Of a stretch of DNA of 64,000 nt, positions 40,399 through 52,682 are shown piece by piece. The stretch is from Escherichia coli (lineage in GTDB: Bacteria > Pseudomonadota > Gammaproteobacteria > Enterobacterales > Enterobacteriaceae). Where the stretch lies: NCBI RefSeq assembly GCF_029227855.1, contig NZ_CP074358.1. The stretch is one strand, 5' to 3'. A program made the translations under genes and the position numbers. Under the pieces are notes generated by a model, which was not told the DNA's origin, ran no database searches, and saw nothing but the letters and a program-made list of their open reading frames with translations. The number at the start of each line of letters is the position of its first letter. Position 1 is the first letter of the stretch.

Positions 40399-40789
40399 GT
40401 TCTCATCTCCCTTTTCTTTTGCTGTATGTATATACAGTATTCTAATAACTGAATTCACACAGTCAAATGTCCTTATTGTGACTAAAAAACGCTCAGCTCT
40501 CTGAGTGTGTGCCTGTATGCCTGCTGTGGACTGCTGTGTCCAGCTTATCCACAGCATTATGCGCACGGTTCTGTGGACAAAATACCTGGTTACCCAGGCC
40601 GTGCCGGCACGTTAACCGGGCTGCATCCGATGCAAGTGTGTCGCTGTTGCCGGCCTCCTCACCCGGTCACGTTTCGTCGTTCCTCCTCCACGCGCTGCGG
40701 CTTCGGGGCCGCACCTGCATTCGTATGCGGTCGCCCGGTTACAGGTGCGGCACGGCCTGATGGAGGCCGCATGTAAGAGGAGAATTCCC

Positions 40790-41716
40790 ATGCCAAACTG
40801 GTGCGCCAATCGTATGTATTTTTCTGCCGAACCGGCACAGATTGCTGAGATTAAACGACTGGCCAGCGGTGCCGTCACACCGTTTTATCGCCGCGCCACA
40901 AATGAAGGTATTCAGTTGTTTCTGGCCGGAAGTGCCGGACTTCTGCAAACCACTGAAGATGTGCGGTTTGAACCATGCCCCGGACTGAGCGCTGCCGGAC
41001 GTGGCGTTGTATCGACGGAAAATATTGCGTTCACCCGCTGGCTGACACTCCTGCAGGACAGTGTACTGCTGGATGAGCAAAACTGCCTGATGCTGCATGA
41101 ACTCTGGCTGCAGAGCGGTACTGGACAGCGTCGCTGGGAAGGATTACCGGATGATGCCAGGGAAACCATCACTGTGCATTTCACCGCAAAAAGAGGTGAC
41201 TGGTGTGACATCTGGGGTAACGAGGATATATCGGTGTGGTGGAACCGTCTGTGTGACAACGTACTGCCGGAAAAAACCATGCCGTTTGACCTGTTGACGG
41301 TTCTGCCGACCCGCCTGGATGTTGAAGTAAATGGCTTTAACGGTGGTGTTCTGAACGGTGTTCCTTCTGCATATCACTGGTATACAGAACGGTATGGCGT
41401 GAAGTGGCCTTGTGGGTATGACCTGAATATCAGCAGTCAGGGAGAAAACTTCATTCAGGTTGATTTCGACACGCCGTGGTGTCAGCCGGAAAGCGACGTT
41501 ATTGCAGAATTAAGCCGCCGTTTCAGCTGCACGCTGGAGCACTGGTTTGCCGAACAGGGCTGTGATTTCTGTGGCTGGCAGTTGTATGAGCGCGGAGAGC
41601 TCGTTGATGTGCTGTGGGGGGAACTGGAATGGTCTTCCCCGACAGATGACGATGAGCTGCCGGAAGTCACCGGACCTGCGTGGATAGTCGACAATGTGGC
41701 GCATTATGGCGGATGA
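40790..41716 (+). CDS. Hypothetical leading-region protein
   Basis: GAGGAG RBS upstream of ATG 40790; about 308 aa; no family assigned. Confidence 0.5.
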   Translation: MPNWCANRMYFSAEPAQIAEIKRLASGAVTPFYRRATNEGIQLFLAGSAGLLQTTEDVRFEPCPGLSAAGRGVVSTENIAFTRWLTLLQDSVLLDEQNCLMLHELWLQSGTGQRRWEGLPDDARETITVHFTAKRGDWCDIWGNEDISVWWNRLCDNVLPEKTMPFDLLTVLPTRLDVEVNGFNGGVLNGVPSAYHWYTERYGVKWPCGYDLNISSQGENFIQVDFDTPWCQPESDVIAELSRRFSCTLEHWFAEQGCDFCGWQLYERGELVDVLWGELEWSSPTDDDELPEVTGPAWIVDNVAHYGG

Positions 41717-42100
41717 AGTATGACGGAGACGGGCGGGCAACCGCCCGTTTCTTTTCCGGTAAAGGATGTCGCCGTGCTCCTCTTTTTACTGCGCCGGCTG
41801 ACGCGGCGCGGCATAAACGCTGCCTGTGGTCAGTGTCCCGCGTCCGGTGGGTACGGGACGGGCGCTTTTACCGCTCCCGGCTGGCGTCGGTGACAGTGTA
41901 CGCCAGCCTGTCGCCCTTTTCTGATGAGCGCCCTTCAAGCCGCTTTCGCGGCATAGCCTTGCCGTCAAAAAGACGACGGCTGCGGTATTCCACGGTCGGC
42001 CTGACCCGTTACCGGACGCGGTGAACAGCCCACAGGCAGCGGGGAACGGGCACCACAGGGGTGCCCTCCCGGTGCCTTCTGTAAGAGAAGGAGTGTTGTT

Positions 42101-42784
42101 ATGTCCCGTTTTGTCCTCGGTAACTGCATCGATGTTATGGCCCGTATTCCTGATAACGCCATTGATTTCATACTGACTGACCCGCCATATCTCGTCGGTT
42201 TCCGTGACCGTTCCGGGCGCACCATCGCCGGTGATAAAACCGACGAATGGCTGCAACCGGCCTGTAATGAAATGTACCGCGTGCTGAAAAAAGATGCGCT
42301 GATGGTGAGCTTCTATGGCTGGAACCGCGTCGATCGCTTTATGGCCGCCTGGAAAAATGCGGGATTCAGCGTGGTTGGCCACCTGGTATTTACCAAAACC
42401 TACACATCGAAGGCCGCATATGTGGGCTATCGCCACGAATGCGCTTACATCCTGGCAAAAGGGCGTCCGGCGCTGCCTCAGAAGCCATTGCCCGACGTGC
42501 TGGGCTGGAAATATTCAGGCAACCGCCATCACCCGACGGAAAAGCCTGTTACCAGCCTGCAACCACTGATTGAGAGCTTCACACACCCGAACGCGATTGT
42601 GCTGGACCCGTTTGCAGGCAGCGGCTCAACCTGTGTGGCTGCCCTTCAGTCCAGACGCCGGTATATCGGTATCGAGCTGCTTGAACAGTATCACCGTGCC
42701 GGACAGCAACGACTGGCCGCCGTGCAACGGGCCATGCAGCAGGGGGCCGCGAATAATAACTGGTTTGAACCGGAGGCTGCGTAA
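42101..42784 (+). CDS. Orphan DNA methyltransferase (N6-adenine/N4-cytosine type, DPPY motif)
   Basis: Motifs DPPY and FAGSGST; no adjacent restriction enzyme gene. Confidence 0.75.
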   Translation: MSRFVLGNCIDVMARIPDNAIDFILTDPPYLVGFRDRSGRTIAGDKTDEWLQPACNEMYRVLKKDALMVSFYGWNRVDRFMAAWKNAGFSVVGHLVFTKTYTSKAAYVGYRHECAYILAKGRPALPQKPLPDVLGWKYSGNRHHPTEKPVTSLQPLIESFTHPNAIVLDPFAGSGSTCVAALQSRRRYIGIELLEQYHRAGQQRLAAVQRAMQQGAANNNWFEPEAA

Positions 42785-43018
42785 ATGAACTATGCCGGAC
42801 ACGAAAACCTTCGTGCTGAAGTGGCGGAGGTGGCCAATGCCATGTGTGACCTTCGGGCCAGGCTGAACGATATGGAGCATCGCTGTCGCTTTGATTCCGA
42901 TGTGCTCGTTGAACGCCTGGCACGCCAGACGCTGTATCGCGCCAATCGCCTGTTCATGGAGGCATATACCGAAATTCTTGAACTGGATGCGTGCTTCAAA
43001 GATTAAGGGGGAGACGAA

Positions 43019-43453
43019 ATGTACGGAACATGCAAAACGCTCTGCCGGGAGCTGGCAGCAAAGTATCCGGGAGACACGCCGCTGATGCTGCTTATCTGGT
43101 CCCCGGAAGAGATTCAGGCCCTCGCTGACGGAATGGATATTTCCCTGTCCGATCATGAAATCAGGACTGTCCTGGCGCGCCTGGAGGACATCCCGGAAGA
43201 CCAGCGGACTGAATCCGGTATTTCTTCCGCCGCTGCGATGGAGATTATCAGCAACGTGAGCGAAAACCGCCAGGTGACCGTCTCTGCTGAACTGCTGGCG
43301 TCCCTGATTCAGACTGCTGAACAGGCACTGTGGAAACGTGAATGGGCCGCCCGGGATCATGGCCTCGCCGTCCCGGAATGCGTCACCCGCCGTCAGGCGG
43401 TGATTAATCAGGCCCGCACCCTGCTGAAAAACAACACACACGAAAACGACTGA
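43019..43453 (+). CDS. Hypothetical leading-region protein (paralogue of 45171..45593)
   Basis: 144 aa; shares [14 protein letters not shown] / [10 protein letters not shown] blocks with the paralogue. Confidence 0.55.
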   Translation: MYGTCKTLCRELAAKYPGDTPLMLLIWSPEEIQALADGMDISLSDHEIRTVLARLEDIPEDQRTESGISSAAAMEIISNVSENRQVTVSAELLASLIQTAEQALWKREWAARDHGLAVPECVTRRQAVINQARTLLKNNTHEND

Positions 43454-43503
43454 TGTTATCGCCGCCTGCCCTGCGGGCGGCGATACAGGGAGAACGCTTA
43501 ATC

Positions 43504-44070
43504 ATGAACGAAAACTGCACGCTGAACGCACTGATTTGTCGTCACGCCCGCAACCTGCTGCTGGCGCAGGGCTGGCCGGAGGAGACGGATGTTGATCAGC
43601 GAGATCCACAGAACTATCCGGGCTGGATCAGCATTTACGTGCGGCTGGATGCGCCCCGGCTGGCGACGTTACTCGTCAACCGCCACGATTGCGTACTGCC
43701 GCCGGTCCTGGCTTCCGCCATGCAAAAACTGACCGGAACCGGGGCGGAGCTGGTACTGTCCGGCAGTCAGTGGCAGTCGCTGCCGGTACTTCCGGCAGAC
43801 GGAACGCAGGTGTCTTTCCCGTATGCCGGCGAATGGCTGATCGAAGACGAAATCAGGGCTGTACTTGCGGCGGTGCGCGATGCGGTACGCAGTGTCAGTT
43901 GCCGGGTGGCAGAAGATGCACGGCGTATCCGGGCGGCGCTGACCACCACCGGTCAGACGTTGCTGACCCGCCAGACGCGCCGCTTTCGTCTGGTTGTGAA
44001 GGAAAGCGATTACCCCTGCTGGCTTGATGAAGATGACGAAAATCTGCCGTGGTGCTCGATGCCATTCTGA
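43504..44070 (+). CDS. Hypothetical leading-region protein
   Basis: ATG at 43504 (MNENCTL...), about 188 aa. Confidence 0.45.
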   Translation: MNENCTLNALICRHARNLLLAQGWPEETDVDQRDPQNYPGWISIYVRLDAPRLATLLVNRHDCVLPPVLASAMQKLTGTGAELVLSGSQWQSLPVLPADGTQVSFPYAGEWLIEDEIRAVLAAVRDAVRSVSCRVAEDARRIRAALTTTGQTLLTRQTRRFRLVVKESDYPCWLDEDDENLPWCSMPF

Positions 44071-44698
44071 ACCGTGGCGCACGTTTTTCCTCTGTGGAAA
44101 TGTACCTGGTCTGTGAGTGTGTGGAGCATATCCTGGCCAGTGGTCTGGTCTGTGATGTGCTGCGTATACCAGATGAACCGTCCCGTCGCTGGTTTGACCG
44201 GGATATTCTGCGGGAGGTTGTTCTGGAGGCACGGGATGAAATCCGCAGCATGGCGGATGCACTGGCGAAAATCCGGAAATGATGACGCTGGCGGGGAAAA
44301 ATCTCCGCCTTTTCCAGCCGGTCCTCGGACAGAGCACAAAGGAAGTCGCCGCCGGGTCCGCTTTACCCGGCCATGCAGGGCATGGCCTTGTGGTTTTTCA
44401 GTTATGTGGCCTCAGCGTCGTGTGCGGGCTGTGCCGTGCCTCCATCTTAGCCGGGCTGGCGTTGATGCAAGGGTACGCTTCGCCGCTGCGGTCACCCGGT
44501 CCCTCCTTCCCGTCTGCCGTGATTTTCCGGTCGTTCACCCGCTCAGATTTCGCGGTCTCACCCTGCAACTCCCGTCAGCCGTGTGCGTCAGGCTGCGGCT
44601 TCCCTTGCGCCCCTGCATCCCCGCCTGTTCGCCCGGCTTTTATGGAGGCACGGCACCGCCCGGTGTCGCGGAATATGTGAACAACAGAGGAAAACATC

Positions 44699-45124
44699 AT
44701 GCAATATGCGAAACCTGTCACTCTGAATGTTGAAGAGTGCGACCGTCTCTCCTTTCTGCCGTATCTGTTTGGCAACGATTTTCTGTATGCCGAGGCGTAT
44801 GTGTACGCGCTGGCGCAAAAAATGATGCCGGAATATCAGGGAGGCTTCTGGCACTTCATCCGCCTGCCGGACGGTGGCGGTTACATGATGCCGGATGGCG
44901 ACCGTTTCCACATGGTGAACGGTGCAAACTGGTTTGACCGTACCGTGAGTGCTGATGCCGCAGGCATCATCCTGACCTCCCTTGTGATTAACCGCCAGTT
45001 GTGGCTGTACCACGACAGCGGGGATGCAGGACTGACCCAGCTTTACCGGATGCGCGATGCGCAGTTGTGGCGTCACATCGAATTTCACCCCGAATGCAAC
45101 GCGATTTACGCGGCTCTGGACTGA
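44699..45124 (+). CDS. Antirestriction protein, ArdB/KlcA/YfjX-like
   Basis: 141-aa ORF with WHF..LP.GGG.MMPD...[20 protein letters not shown] block recalled from this family. Confidence 0.65.
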   Translation: MQYAKPVTLNVEECDRLSFLPYLFGNDFLYAEAYVYALAQKMMPEYQGGFWHFIRLPDGGGYMMPDGDRFHMVNGANWFDRTVSADAAGIILTSLVINRQLWLYHDSGDAGLTQLYRMRDAQLWRHIEFHPECNAIYAALD

Positions 45125-45170
45125 TTAACGGACGGGGCGGCAATGCCGCCCCTGTAAAGGAGACGAGAAC

Positions 45171-45593
45171 ATGTACTGTACTGTTAAAGAAATTATCCGC
45201 GAAGTGCTGGATACAGACGTGCCGGACAGTGAATGCGTTTTTGCCGTAGTGCTGACCCGTGGGGATGTGCGTCACATAGCCCAGGACTGGAGTCTGACAG
45301 ACGATGAGCTGGAAACCGTCATGCAGCGGCTGGACGATGCCTTTGAATATGGTGCGGATGTCAGCGTTGTTCACGGCGTTGTTCGTGAACTGATGGAAGA
45401 AAAGCGCGCCAGCCGTCAGGTGACAGTCCCGGCGGTGATGCTGGAAAAAGTGATGGCGCTGGCAGGCAGTGAAATGAAGCGCCTGTATGCCGTCGGGAGT
45501 GAGAACGGGGGCGACGGTGACGCATTCGTCAGGGAGGAACGCGAAGCAATGGACGTTGTGTTACAGGCGCTGGACGGGGAGACGATGTCATGA
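45171..45593 (+). CDS. Hypothetical leading-region protein (paralogue of 43019..43453)
   Basis: 140 aa, clear paralogy. Confidence 0.55.
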   Translation: MYCTVKEIIREVLDTDVPDSECVFAVVLTRGDVRHIAQDWSLTDDELETVMQRLDDAFEYGADVSVVHGVVRELMEEKRASRQVTVPAVMLEKVMALAGSEMKRLYAVGSENGGDGDAFVREEREAMDVVLQALDGETMS

Positions 45594-45969
45594 ATATCAG
45601 CACAGAAACCCGCGAAATTCTGCGTAATTACAGGGCCGTGATTAATGCGCGGCGTCGTGAAATGGGGCAGAAACCGCTCACCACCGCGCAGATTGTTGAT
45701 GAAATCTGCGATTTTGTGGCGAATCAGCAGGCGGTTTTCCTGGGCGGTCACTACATCTTACAGGGTAGCAGAAACAGGTGATACAGGGGCAGGCGGTGGA
45801 GGCCGCCTGTCAGTCCGCGCGAAAACCCCTGGCAGGCTGACGCCTGCCGGAAGGGAAGCGGACCACGCTGGCGCGTCGCCCGTTACCCTTCCCGTCTGTG
45901 ATGTGTCTGACTCAGGAGTGTTTCTTTCTTATGTTATGGAACTGTTCCTGATGTTGTTGTTCCTTTATC

Positions 45970-46395
45970 TGCTGCTCTGATTCTGACTACTGCAGTGTTG
46001 TTCTGTCTGCCGGGCGCACCTTCGGCTCCCGGCATCCCGGCAAAAGGCCGCCGGGATGTAAGGGGCAACGCCGTTTCGCGCACGCGCTCTCCGTCGTTGC
46101 GGCGGGTCCCTGCTCATTGCCTGCCGGTGCCACACACCCGTATGAGTCCCTGTCGCCGGGGGCTGATACAGCCACAACCTGCCGCACTGACTGTCCAGGG
46201 TAAATGAACAGCCCACAAAATTTTTTACCCAAAACCCGGTAAAAAATTTTGCGTTCTGCCCAGGACAGGTGCGTCAGGCCGTGGCAGTGATGCCCCTTGC
46301 GGCGAAGGTTCTCAAACGGGTGAAGTTCATACCACAGGGAATACAGCAGCAGGTTCCCGCGAAACGTCAAAACCGCGGCTCCCGAAACTCAACGG
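45970..46395 (+). repeat. Frpo-like leading-region repeat, copy 1 (shortened)
   Basis: Shares start and end blocks with the copies at 49114 and 54541 but lacks about 200 bp internally; GC-rich with hairpin potential. Confidence 0.6.
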
Positions 46396-46912
46396 GTGAT
46401 GTTCTTTAAAAATCAGGATTTATTTCAGGCTCCGGCAATACGCATTTATGTGTTCTGTCAGTCATCCGGCTGGCAGGTAATGAGAACGCAGGAACAGAAG
46501 GAGGAAAACACCGGAGAACGTCAGACGCAGATATGAAAAAAGCAGGTCAGGGACCTGCTTAATCCACACCGCAGAGACTGCACGAACAGTCTTTACGGTT
46601 TCATTAATTAACGTCATAAGAGGCTAAATTATGACAGTAAGTATTGTTTCACCTTCCGCAGCGGCTGTAAAGCCCCGCCGTCATCCCCGTTGCAGACGCG
46701 AAGACATCCCCGCGCCGGAAATTGACCCCGTGCTGAAAGCCTTCGGGCGACACATTGCCCGGAGTTTTCACCGGGGGCGTGGTGTACACATCCCCGCCAT
46801 GAAAAACACGGCCTTCGGGCAGGTGCTCCGCACACTCGAACTGAAACGCGCTTTTAACTGATGAGGTGAGCCGCCCCGCGAGGGGCGGCAACAGACGGAA
46901 GGAGAACATTTT

Positions 46913-48274
46913 ATGACATTAGCAGCAATCACCATGACCGCCCCGGAAGCCGCCAGCCCTGTGCAGATGTACCGCGCGACCTACTCACCGGATGACAACA
47001 AACTGCGCCTGTATGCCGTGTCACGTCTTGACTCGGAGACGTATAAAAAAGTGCATGATGCCGGTTTCCGCTGGGCACCAAAACAGGCGCTGTTTGTCGC
47101 GCCAGCCTGGACACCGGGCCGGGAAGACGTGCTCCTCTCACTTGCCGGAGAGATTGAGGATGAAGACAGCACGCTCGCTGAACGTCAGGAAGCACGGGCG
47201 GAGCGGTTTACCGGATACAGCGGAAAGCGGGCCAGTGAATCCGCACAGGCACTTGATGAAGTGGAAAGACTGGCCGCGATGATCCCGCCCGGTCAGCCCA
47301 TTCTTGTGGGGCATCACAGCGAACGCCGCACCCGTCGTGATGCGCAGCGTATTGAAAACGGCATGAAACGAGCCGTGATGCTCTTTGAACGTGCGGAATA
47401 CTGGGAAGAGCGGGCGCGGTCGGCACTGCTTCACGCGAAGTATAAAGAACGTCCGGACGTTCGCTGGCGTCGTATCAAAAAAATCGAAGCTGATTTGCGC
47501 AAGGCTGAAAAGACCATCGCGCAGTCGCAGAAATATCTGACGATGTGGCGGGCTGAATCGCTGGATCTGAATATGGCAAAACTCATCAGCAGTCATGACC
47601 ATATCAGCGCCTGTTTCCCGCTGGATACGTATCCGCGCCCGGCAGAAAAAAGCCAGTATGAAGGAAGTCGATCGTTATGGTCGGCCCTGGATGATGACAT
47701 CATCACCACGGAGCAGGCCCGCGAAATTGCGATCCGCTGTCATGAACGGCAGATTCAGCATCAACAACGCTGGGTTAACCACTATCAGAACCGCCTGATC
47801 TATGAGCGTGCCATGCTGGACGAAAGCGGCGGCGTGGTTACCCGGACACAGGATTTTGAGCCGGGCGGACAGGTTTTCAGCCGGGGCGAGTGGCTGACCA
47901 TCATCCGTGTGAACAAAAGCAACGGGGCGGTGAGTTCAGTCACAACGCCAAATTACAGTTTTCTCGGGTACAGCGGCACGATGAAAGTGACGCCCGATCG
48001 CATCACGGACTACAAAGCACCATCGGCAGAAGAGGCTGCCGTCGCCAGTCAGGCCGCGAAGCGTCCGCCGGTAGTCAACTATCCGGGGGAAGGTTTCCGG
48101 GAAATGACAAAGGCACAGTGGGCCGCCCTGCCCCGGGACTGTAAGGCCGTGCGCAGTGTGGCAGAAGCAGAAGACCACGGGGCATACCGGTACCGCCGCA
48201 CAATGGACAATAATTTCCGCCTGGTGAATGTGTATATCACCGACATGAAAATCACGGAAATCCCACAGAAATAA
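46913..48274 (+). CDS. Conserved leading-region protein of unknown function
   Basis: 453-aa ORF immediately downstream of Frpo-like repeat 1. Confidence 0.6.
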   Translation: MTLAAITMTAPEAASPVQMYRATYSPDDNKLRLYAVSRLDSETYKKVHDAGFRWAPKQALFVAPAWTPGREDVLLSLAGEIEDEDSTLAERQEARAERFTGYSGKRASESAQALDEVERLAAMIPPGQPILVGHHSERRTRRDAQRIENGMKRAVMLFERAEYWEERARSALLHAKYKERPDVRWRRIKKIEADLRKAEKTIAQSQKYLTMWRAESLDLNMAKLISSHDHISACFPLDTYPRPAEKSQYEGSRSLWSALDDDIITTEQAREIAIRCHERQIQHQQRWVNHYQNRLIYERAMLDESGGVVTRTQDFEPGGQVFSRGEWLTIIRVNKSNGAVSSVTTPNYSFLGYSGTMKVTPDRITDYKAPSAEEAAVASQAAKRPPVVNYPGEGFREMTKAQWAALPRDCKAVRSVAEAEDHGAYRYRRTMDNNFRLVNVYITDMKITEIPQK

Positions 48275-48321
48275 GGTATATCCCCCCGGGAAAATCCCCG
48301 GAGGATGACGGAGATAATGAT

Positions 48322-48885
48322 ATGCACAGTCAGTTAAGAGAACGTATCCGGCTGATGCGCGCAAGGCTGGATAACGCCGCGCCGGTTGCTGAAATCCGGG
48401 CTGAATCTCAGCTTTTTGTGACTCCTGCCCCGGTCTGTGATCGCCTGGTGATGCTGGCGGAGATCAGCAACCGTGATCACATTCTGGAACCCTCTGCCGG
48501 CACCGGGGCCATACTGCGGGCGATTCGGGATACCGCGCCGGGGGCCATGTGTGATGCGGTGGAAATCAACAGCGGGCTGGTCCGGTATCTGCGGGAAAAT
48601 TTTAACGGTGTCAGGGTTCAGTGTGGCGACTTCATGGAATGGCAGCCAGTGCAGTATTACAGCCGGGTTATCATGAATCCGCCGTTCAGCCACGGGCAGG
48701 ATATCCGGCATATCCTGCGGGCCTTTTCCCTGTTGCGTCCGGGTGGCGTGCTGGTCGCCGTCTGTCTCAACGGACCACGCCAGCAGGAGAAGCTGTTACC
48801 GTTTTCTGACGTCCGCGAGGAGCTGCCGCGCGGCACGTTTGCTTATACCGATGTCCCGACGATGATTATTCGTCTGCGTGCCTGA
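48322..48885 (+). CDS. Orphan SAM-dependent methyltransferase (N6-adenine-like, NPPF motif)
   Basis: Motif I LEPSAGTGAILRAI and motif IV MNPPF. Confidence 0.7.
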   Translation: MHSQLRERIRLMRARLDNAAPVAEIRAESQLFVTPAPVCDRLVMLAEISNRDHILEPSAGTGAILRAIRDTAPGAMCDAVEINSGLVRYLRENFNGVRVQCGDFMEWQPVQYYSRVIMNPPFSHGQDIRHILRAFSLLRPGGVLVAVCLNGPRQQEKLLPFSDVREELPRGTFAYTDVPTMIIRLRA

Positions 48886-49063
48886 TGACACAGGGCCGGC
48901 GGGAGGATAAATGCCTGTCTGCCCGCGCCGGGAAAAAACGCGCGCCGGTGGCGCTGAAAGGGGCCGCGCTCACGCGCCGCCCCTTTCATTACGCGGACGT
49001 TCTGATGGGGGCTTCTGTTTCTTCATGCCTGTCATTTGTCTGTTACTGATGATGTTGTTGTTC

Positions 49064-49102
49064 CTGCTACTGCTACTGCTACTGCTACTGCTACTGCTAC
49101 TG
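49064..49102. repeat. Hexanucleotide tandem repeat (CTGCTA)x6 plus partial unit
   Basis: Read directly; equivalent position ahead of the other two Frpo-like copies has no expansion. Confidence 0.9.
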
Positions 49103-49113
49103 TTCTTCTTTTT

Positions 49114-49740
49114 CCTGCTGCTCTGATTCTGACTACTGCAGTGTTGTCCTGTCTGCCGGGCGCACCTTCGGCTCCCGGCTGCCTGGCGGCATCCGGTCGT
49201 CAGGCCCGACTCCGACAGGCAGCTGCTGGCGCACCTGCCAGTCTCCGCCGAACCCGCTGGCGCGGTTTCGGGCTGTCGCTACGGTCCGATGCGTGAAAAC
49301 CCCGGGCTTGCAGCGACCGTTCCGGTCGCGCCACCCTTGTCGCGCCGTGGCCTGCGCTCCTGGCATCCCGGCAAAAGGCCGCCGGGATGTAAGGGGCAAC
49401 GCCGTTTCGCAAACCGCGCTTCACGTCGTTGCGGCGGGTCCCTGCCCGTTGTTCTGTCCGGTGCCATTCACCTGTTTAAGCCCCTGTCGCCGGGGGCAAA
49501 GACAGCCACAACCGTCTCCGCCAGTCCAGGGGTGAAATGTACATCCCGCAAAACTTTTTGCCCAAAAGCAGGCAAAAACTTTTGCGGTCTGCCCCCGGAC
49601 AGTCGTTTCCGTCCGTGGCAGTGATGCCCCTTGCGGCGAAGGTTCTCAAAAAGGTGATGGTGAATACCGGAGGGAACAAAAGGCAGGTCCCCGCAAAACG
49701 TCAAAACCGCGGCTCCCGAAACTCAAAAGATGATGGGGGC
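49114..49740 (+). repeat. Frpo-like leading-region repeat, copy 2
   Basis: About 625 bp, near-identical to copy 3; immediately upstream of ssb. Confidence 0.65.
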
Positions 49741-49768
49741 TGAAAACATCAACAGAAGGAGGCACATC

Positions 49769-50604
<836 letters not shown>

Positions 50605-50669
50605 GAGAGGTGCCGGACGGGGACACGTCCGGCAGACAATCATTATTACCGTTTTGGGAGGTACTAACT

Positions 50670-52628
50670 ATGTCAGTTACAGAGTCTAAGGCAAAAACGG
50701 AGCGTAAATCCAGCCGTAAACCTGCAAAAACGCAGGAAACAGTCCTGTCTGCCCTGCTGGCGCAGACGGAGGAAGTGAGCGTGCCGCTGGCCTCACTGAT
50801 TAAATCACCGCTGAATGTGCGCACGGTGCCGTATTCTGTGGAGTCCGTCAGCGAACTGGCTGAGTCCATTAAGGGCGTTGGCCTGTTGCAGAATCTGGTC
50901 GTGCATACCCTGCCTGGTGACCGTTACGGTGTCGCCGCAGGTGGTCGCCGACTGGCTGCACTCAACATGCTGGCAGAGCGTGGCATCCTTACGGCTGACT
51001 GGCCTGTACGCGTGAAGGTCATTCCGCAGGAACTGGCGACTGCCGCATCAATGACTGAAAACGGTCATCGTCGGGATATGCACCCTGCCGAACAGATTGC
51101 CGGATTCCGCGCAATGGCGCAGGAAGGCAAAACACCTGCGCAGACTGGCGACCTGCTGGGCTATTCACCCCGCCACGTCCAGCGAATGCTGAAACTGGCA
51201 GACCTTGCACCCGTCATCCTTGATGCGCTGGCAGAAGACCGCATCACCACCGAACACTGTCAGGCGCTGGCGCTGGAGAACGACACCGCGCGTCAGGTGC
51301 AGGTGTTTGAAGCCGCCTGCCAGTCAGGATGGGGCGGTAAACCGGATGTGCGGGTTATCCGCAACCTGATTACCGAAAGTGAAGTGGCGGTGGCTGGGAA
51401 CAGTAAATTCCGCTTCGTGGGGGCTGATGCCTTCTCGCCAGACGAACTGCGCACCGATTTGTTCAGCGACGACGAGGGTGGCTATGTGGACTGCGTGGCG
51501 CTCGATGCCGCCCTGCTGGAAAAACTCCAGGCTGTCGCAGAGTTCCTTCGGGAAGCCGAAGGCTGGGGATGGTGTGCCGGACGCATGGAGCCTGTAGATG
51601 AGTGCCGTGAGGATGCCGGAACATACCGCTGTCTGCCGGAGCCGGAAGCGGTGCTGACGGAGGCGGAAGAAGAACGTCTGAACGAACTGATGGCTCGTTA
51701 CGACGCGCTGGAAAACCAGTGTGAGGAATCTGACCTGCTGGAAGCAGAAATGAAGCTGATGCGCTGCATGGCGAAGGTCAGAGCGTGGACGCCGGAGATG
51801 CGTGCCGGAGGTGGAGTGGTGGTGTCCTGGCGTTATGGCAACGTGTGTGTCCAGCGTGGTGTGCAGTTGCGCAGTGAGGATGACGTGGCTGACGACGCTG
51901 ACCGCACGGAACAGGTGCAGGAGAAAGCGTCAGTGGGGGGAATCAGTCTGCCACTGCTGACGAAAATGTCTTCCGAACGCACGCTGGCAGTCCAGGCGGC
52001 GCTTATGCAGCAACCGGACAAATCTCTGGCACTGCTGGCATGGACGCTCTGCCTGAATGTGTTTGGCAGCGGAGCGTACAGTAAACCGGCACAAATCAGC
52101 CTGGAATGTAAACATTATTCGCTGACCAGCGATGCGCCGTCAGGGAAGGAAGGTGTCGCATTCATGGCGCTGATGGCAGAAAAAGCCCGTCTTGCTGCCC
52201 TGTTACCGGAGGGATGGTCACGGGACATGACGACCTTCCTGTCACTCAGTCAGGAGGTGCTGTTATCCCTGCTCAGTTTCTGCACCGCATGCAGCCTTAA
52301 CGGTGTCCAGACCCGTGAGTGTGGTCACACGTCACGCAGTCCGCTTGACTCGCTGGAAAGCGCTATCGGATTCCACATGCGCGACTGGTGGCAGCCGACA
52401 AAAGCAAACTTCTTCGGACACCTGAAAAAGCCGCAGATTATCACAGCCCTGAATGAGGCAGGACTGTCCGGTGCCGCACGGGACGCGGAGAAGATGAAGA
52501 AAGGTGATGCGGCTGAACATGCAGAGCACCATAAGAAAGACAACCGCTGGGTTCCAGGCTGGATGTGTGCACCACATCCACAGACAGATGCCACTGAACG
52601 CACCGATAACCTGGCTGATGCCGCCTGA
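50670..52628 (+). CDS. ParB-like nuclease domain protein of the leading region
   Basis: ATG at 50670; about 652 aa with N-terminal ParB/Srx-like region (GLLQNLVVH...AGGRR). Confidence 0.75.
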   Translation: MSVTESKAKTERKSSRKPAKTQETVLSALLAQTEEVSVPLASLIKSPLNVRTVPYSVESVSELAESIKGVGLLQNLVVHTLPGDRYGVAAGGRRLAALNMLAERGILTADWPVRVKVIPQELATAASMTENGHRRDMHPAEQIAGFRAMAQEGKTPAQTGDLLGYSPRHVQRMLKLADLAPVILDALAEDRITTEHCQALALENDTARQVQVFEAACQSGWGGKPDVRVIRNLITESEVAVAGNSKFRFVGADAFSPDELRTDLFSDDEGGYVDCVALDAALLEKLQAVAEFLREAEGWGWCAGRMEPVDECREDAGTYRCLPEPEAVLTEAEEERLNELMARYDALENQCEESDLLEAEMKLMRCMAKVRAWTPEMRAGGGVVVSWRYGNVCVQRGVQLRSEDDVADDADRTEQVQEKASVGGISLPLLTKMSSERTLAVQAALMQQPDKSLALLAWTLCLNVFGSGAYSKPAQISLECKHYSLTSDAPSGKEGVAFMALMAEKARLAALLPEGWSRDMTTFLSLSQEVLLSLLSFCTACSLNGVQTRECGHTSRSPLDSLESAIGFHMRDWWQPTKANFFGHLKKPQIITALNEAGLSGAARDAEKMKKGDAAEHAEHHKKDNRWVPGWMCAPHPQTDATERTDNLADAA

Positions 52629-52682
52629 TGAACAACCACACCGCCCCGCCGGAGACGGGGCGGCAGCAAGGGAGATATCGTG

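Noticed and set aside
42626-44733. Long ORFs in alternative frames and strands across the leading region (for example 42626..43441 minus, 43669..44337 minus, 44074..44733 plus)
   Set aside because: They overlap compact same-strand genes with good starts and have low-complexity Arg/Pro/Gly-rich translations expected from GC-rich out-of-frame reading.
48911-49126. 71-aa poly-leucine ORF
   Set aside because: Artefact of translating the (CTGCTA)n hexanucleotide repeat.
49036-49704. Multiple overlapping ORFs on both strands within the Frpo-like repeats (likewise 45965..46370 and 54491..55130)
   Set aside because: Same sequence yields open frames in several phases on both strands, as expected for GC-rich structured DNA; no consistent coding frame is shared among the three copies.
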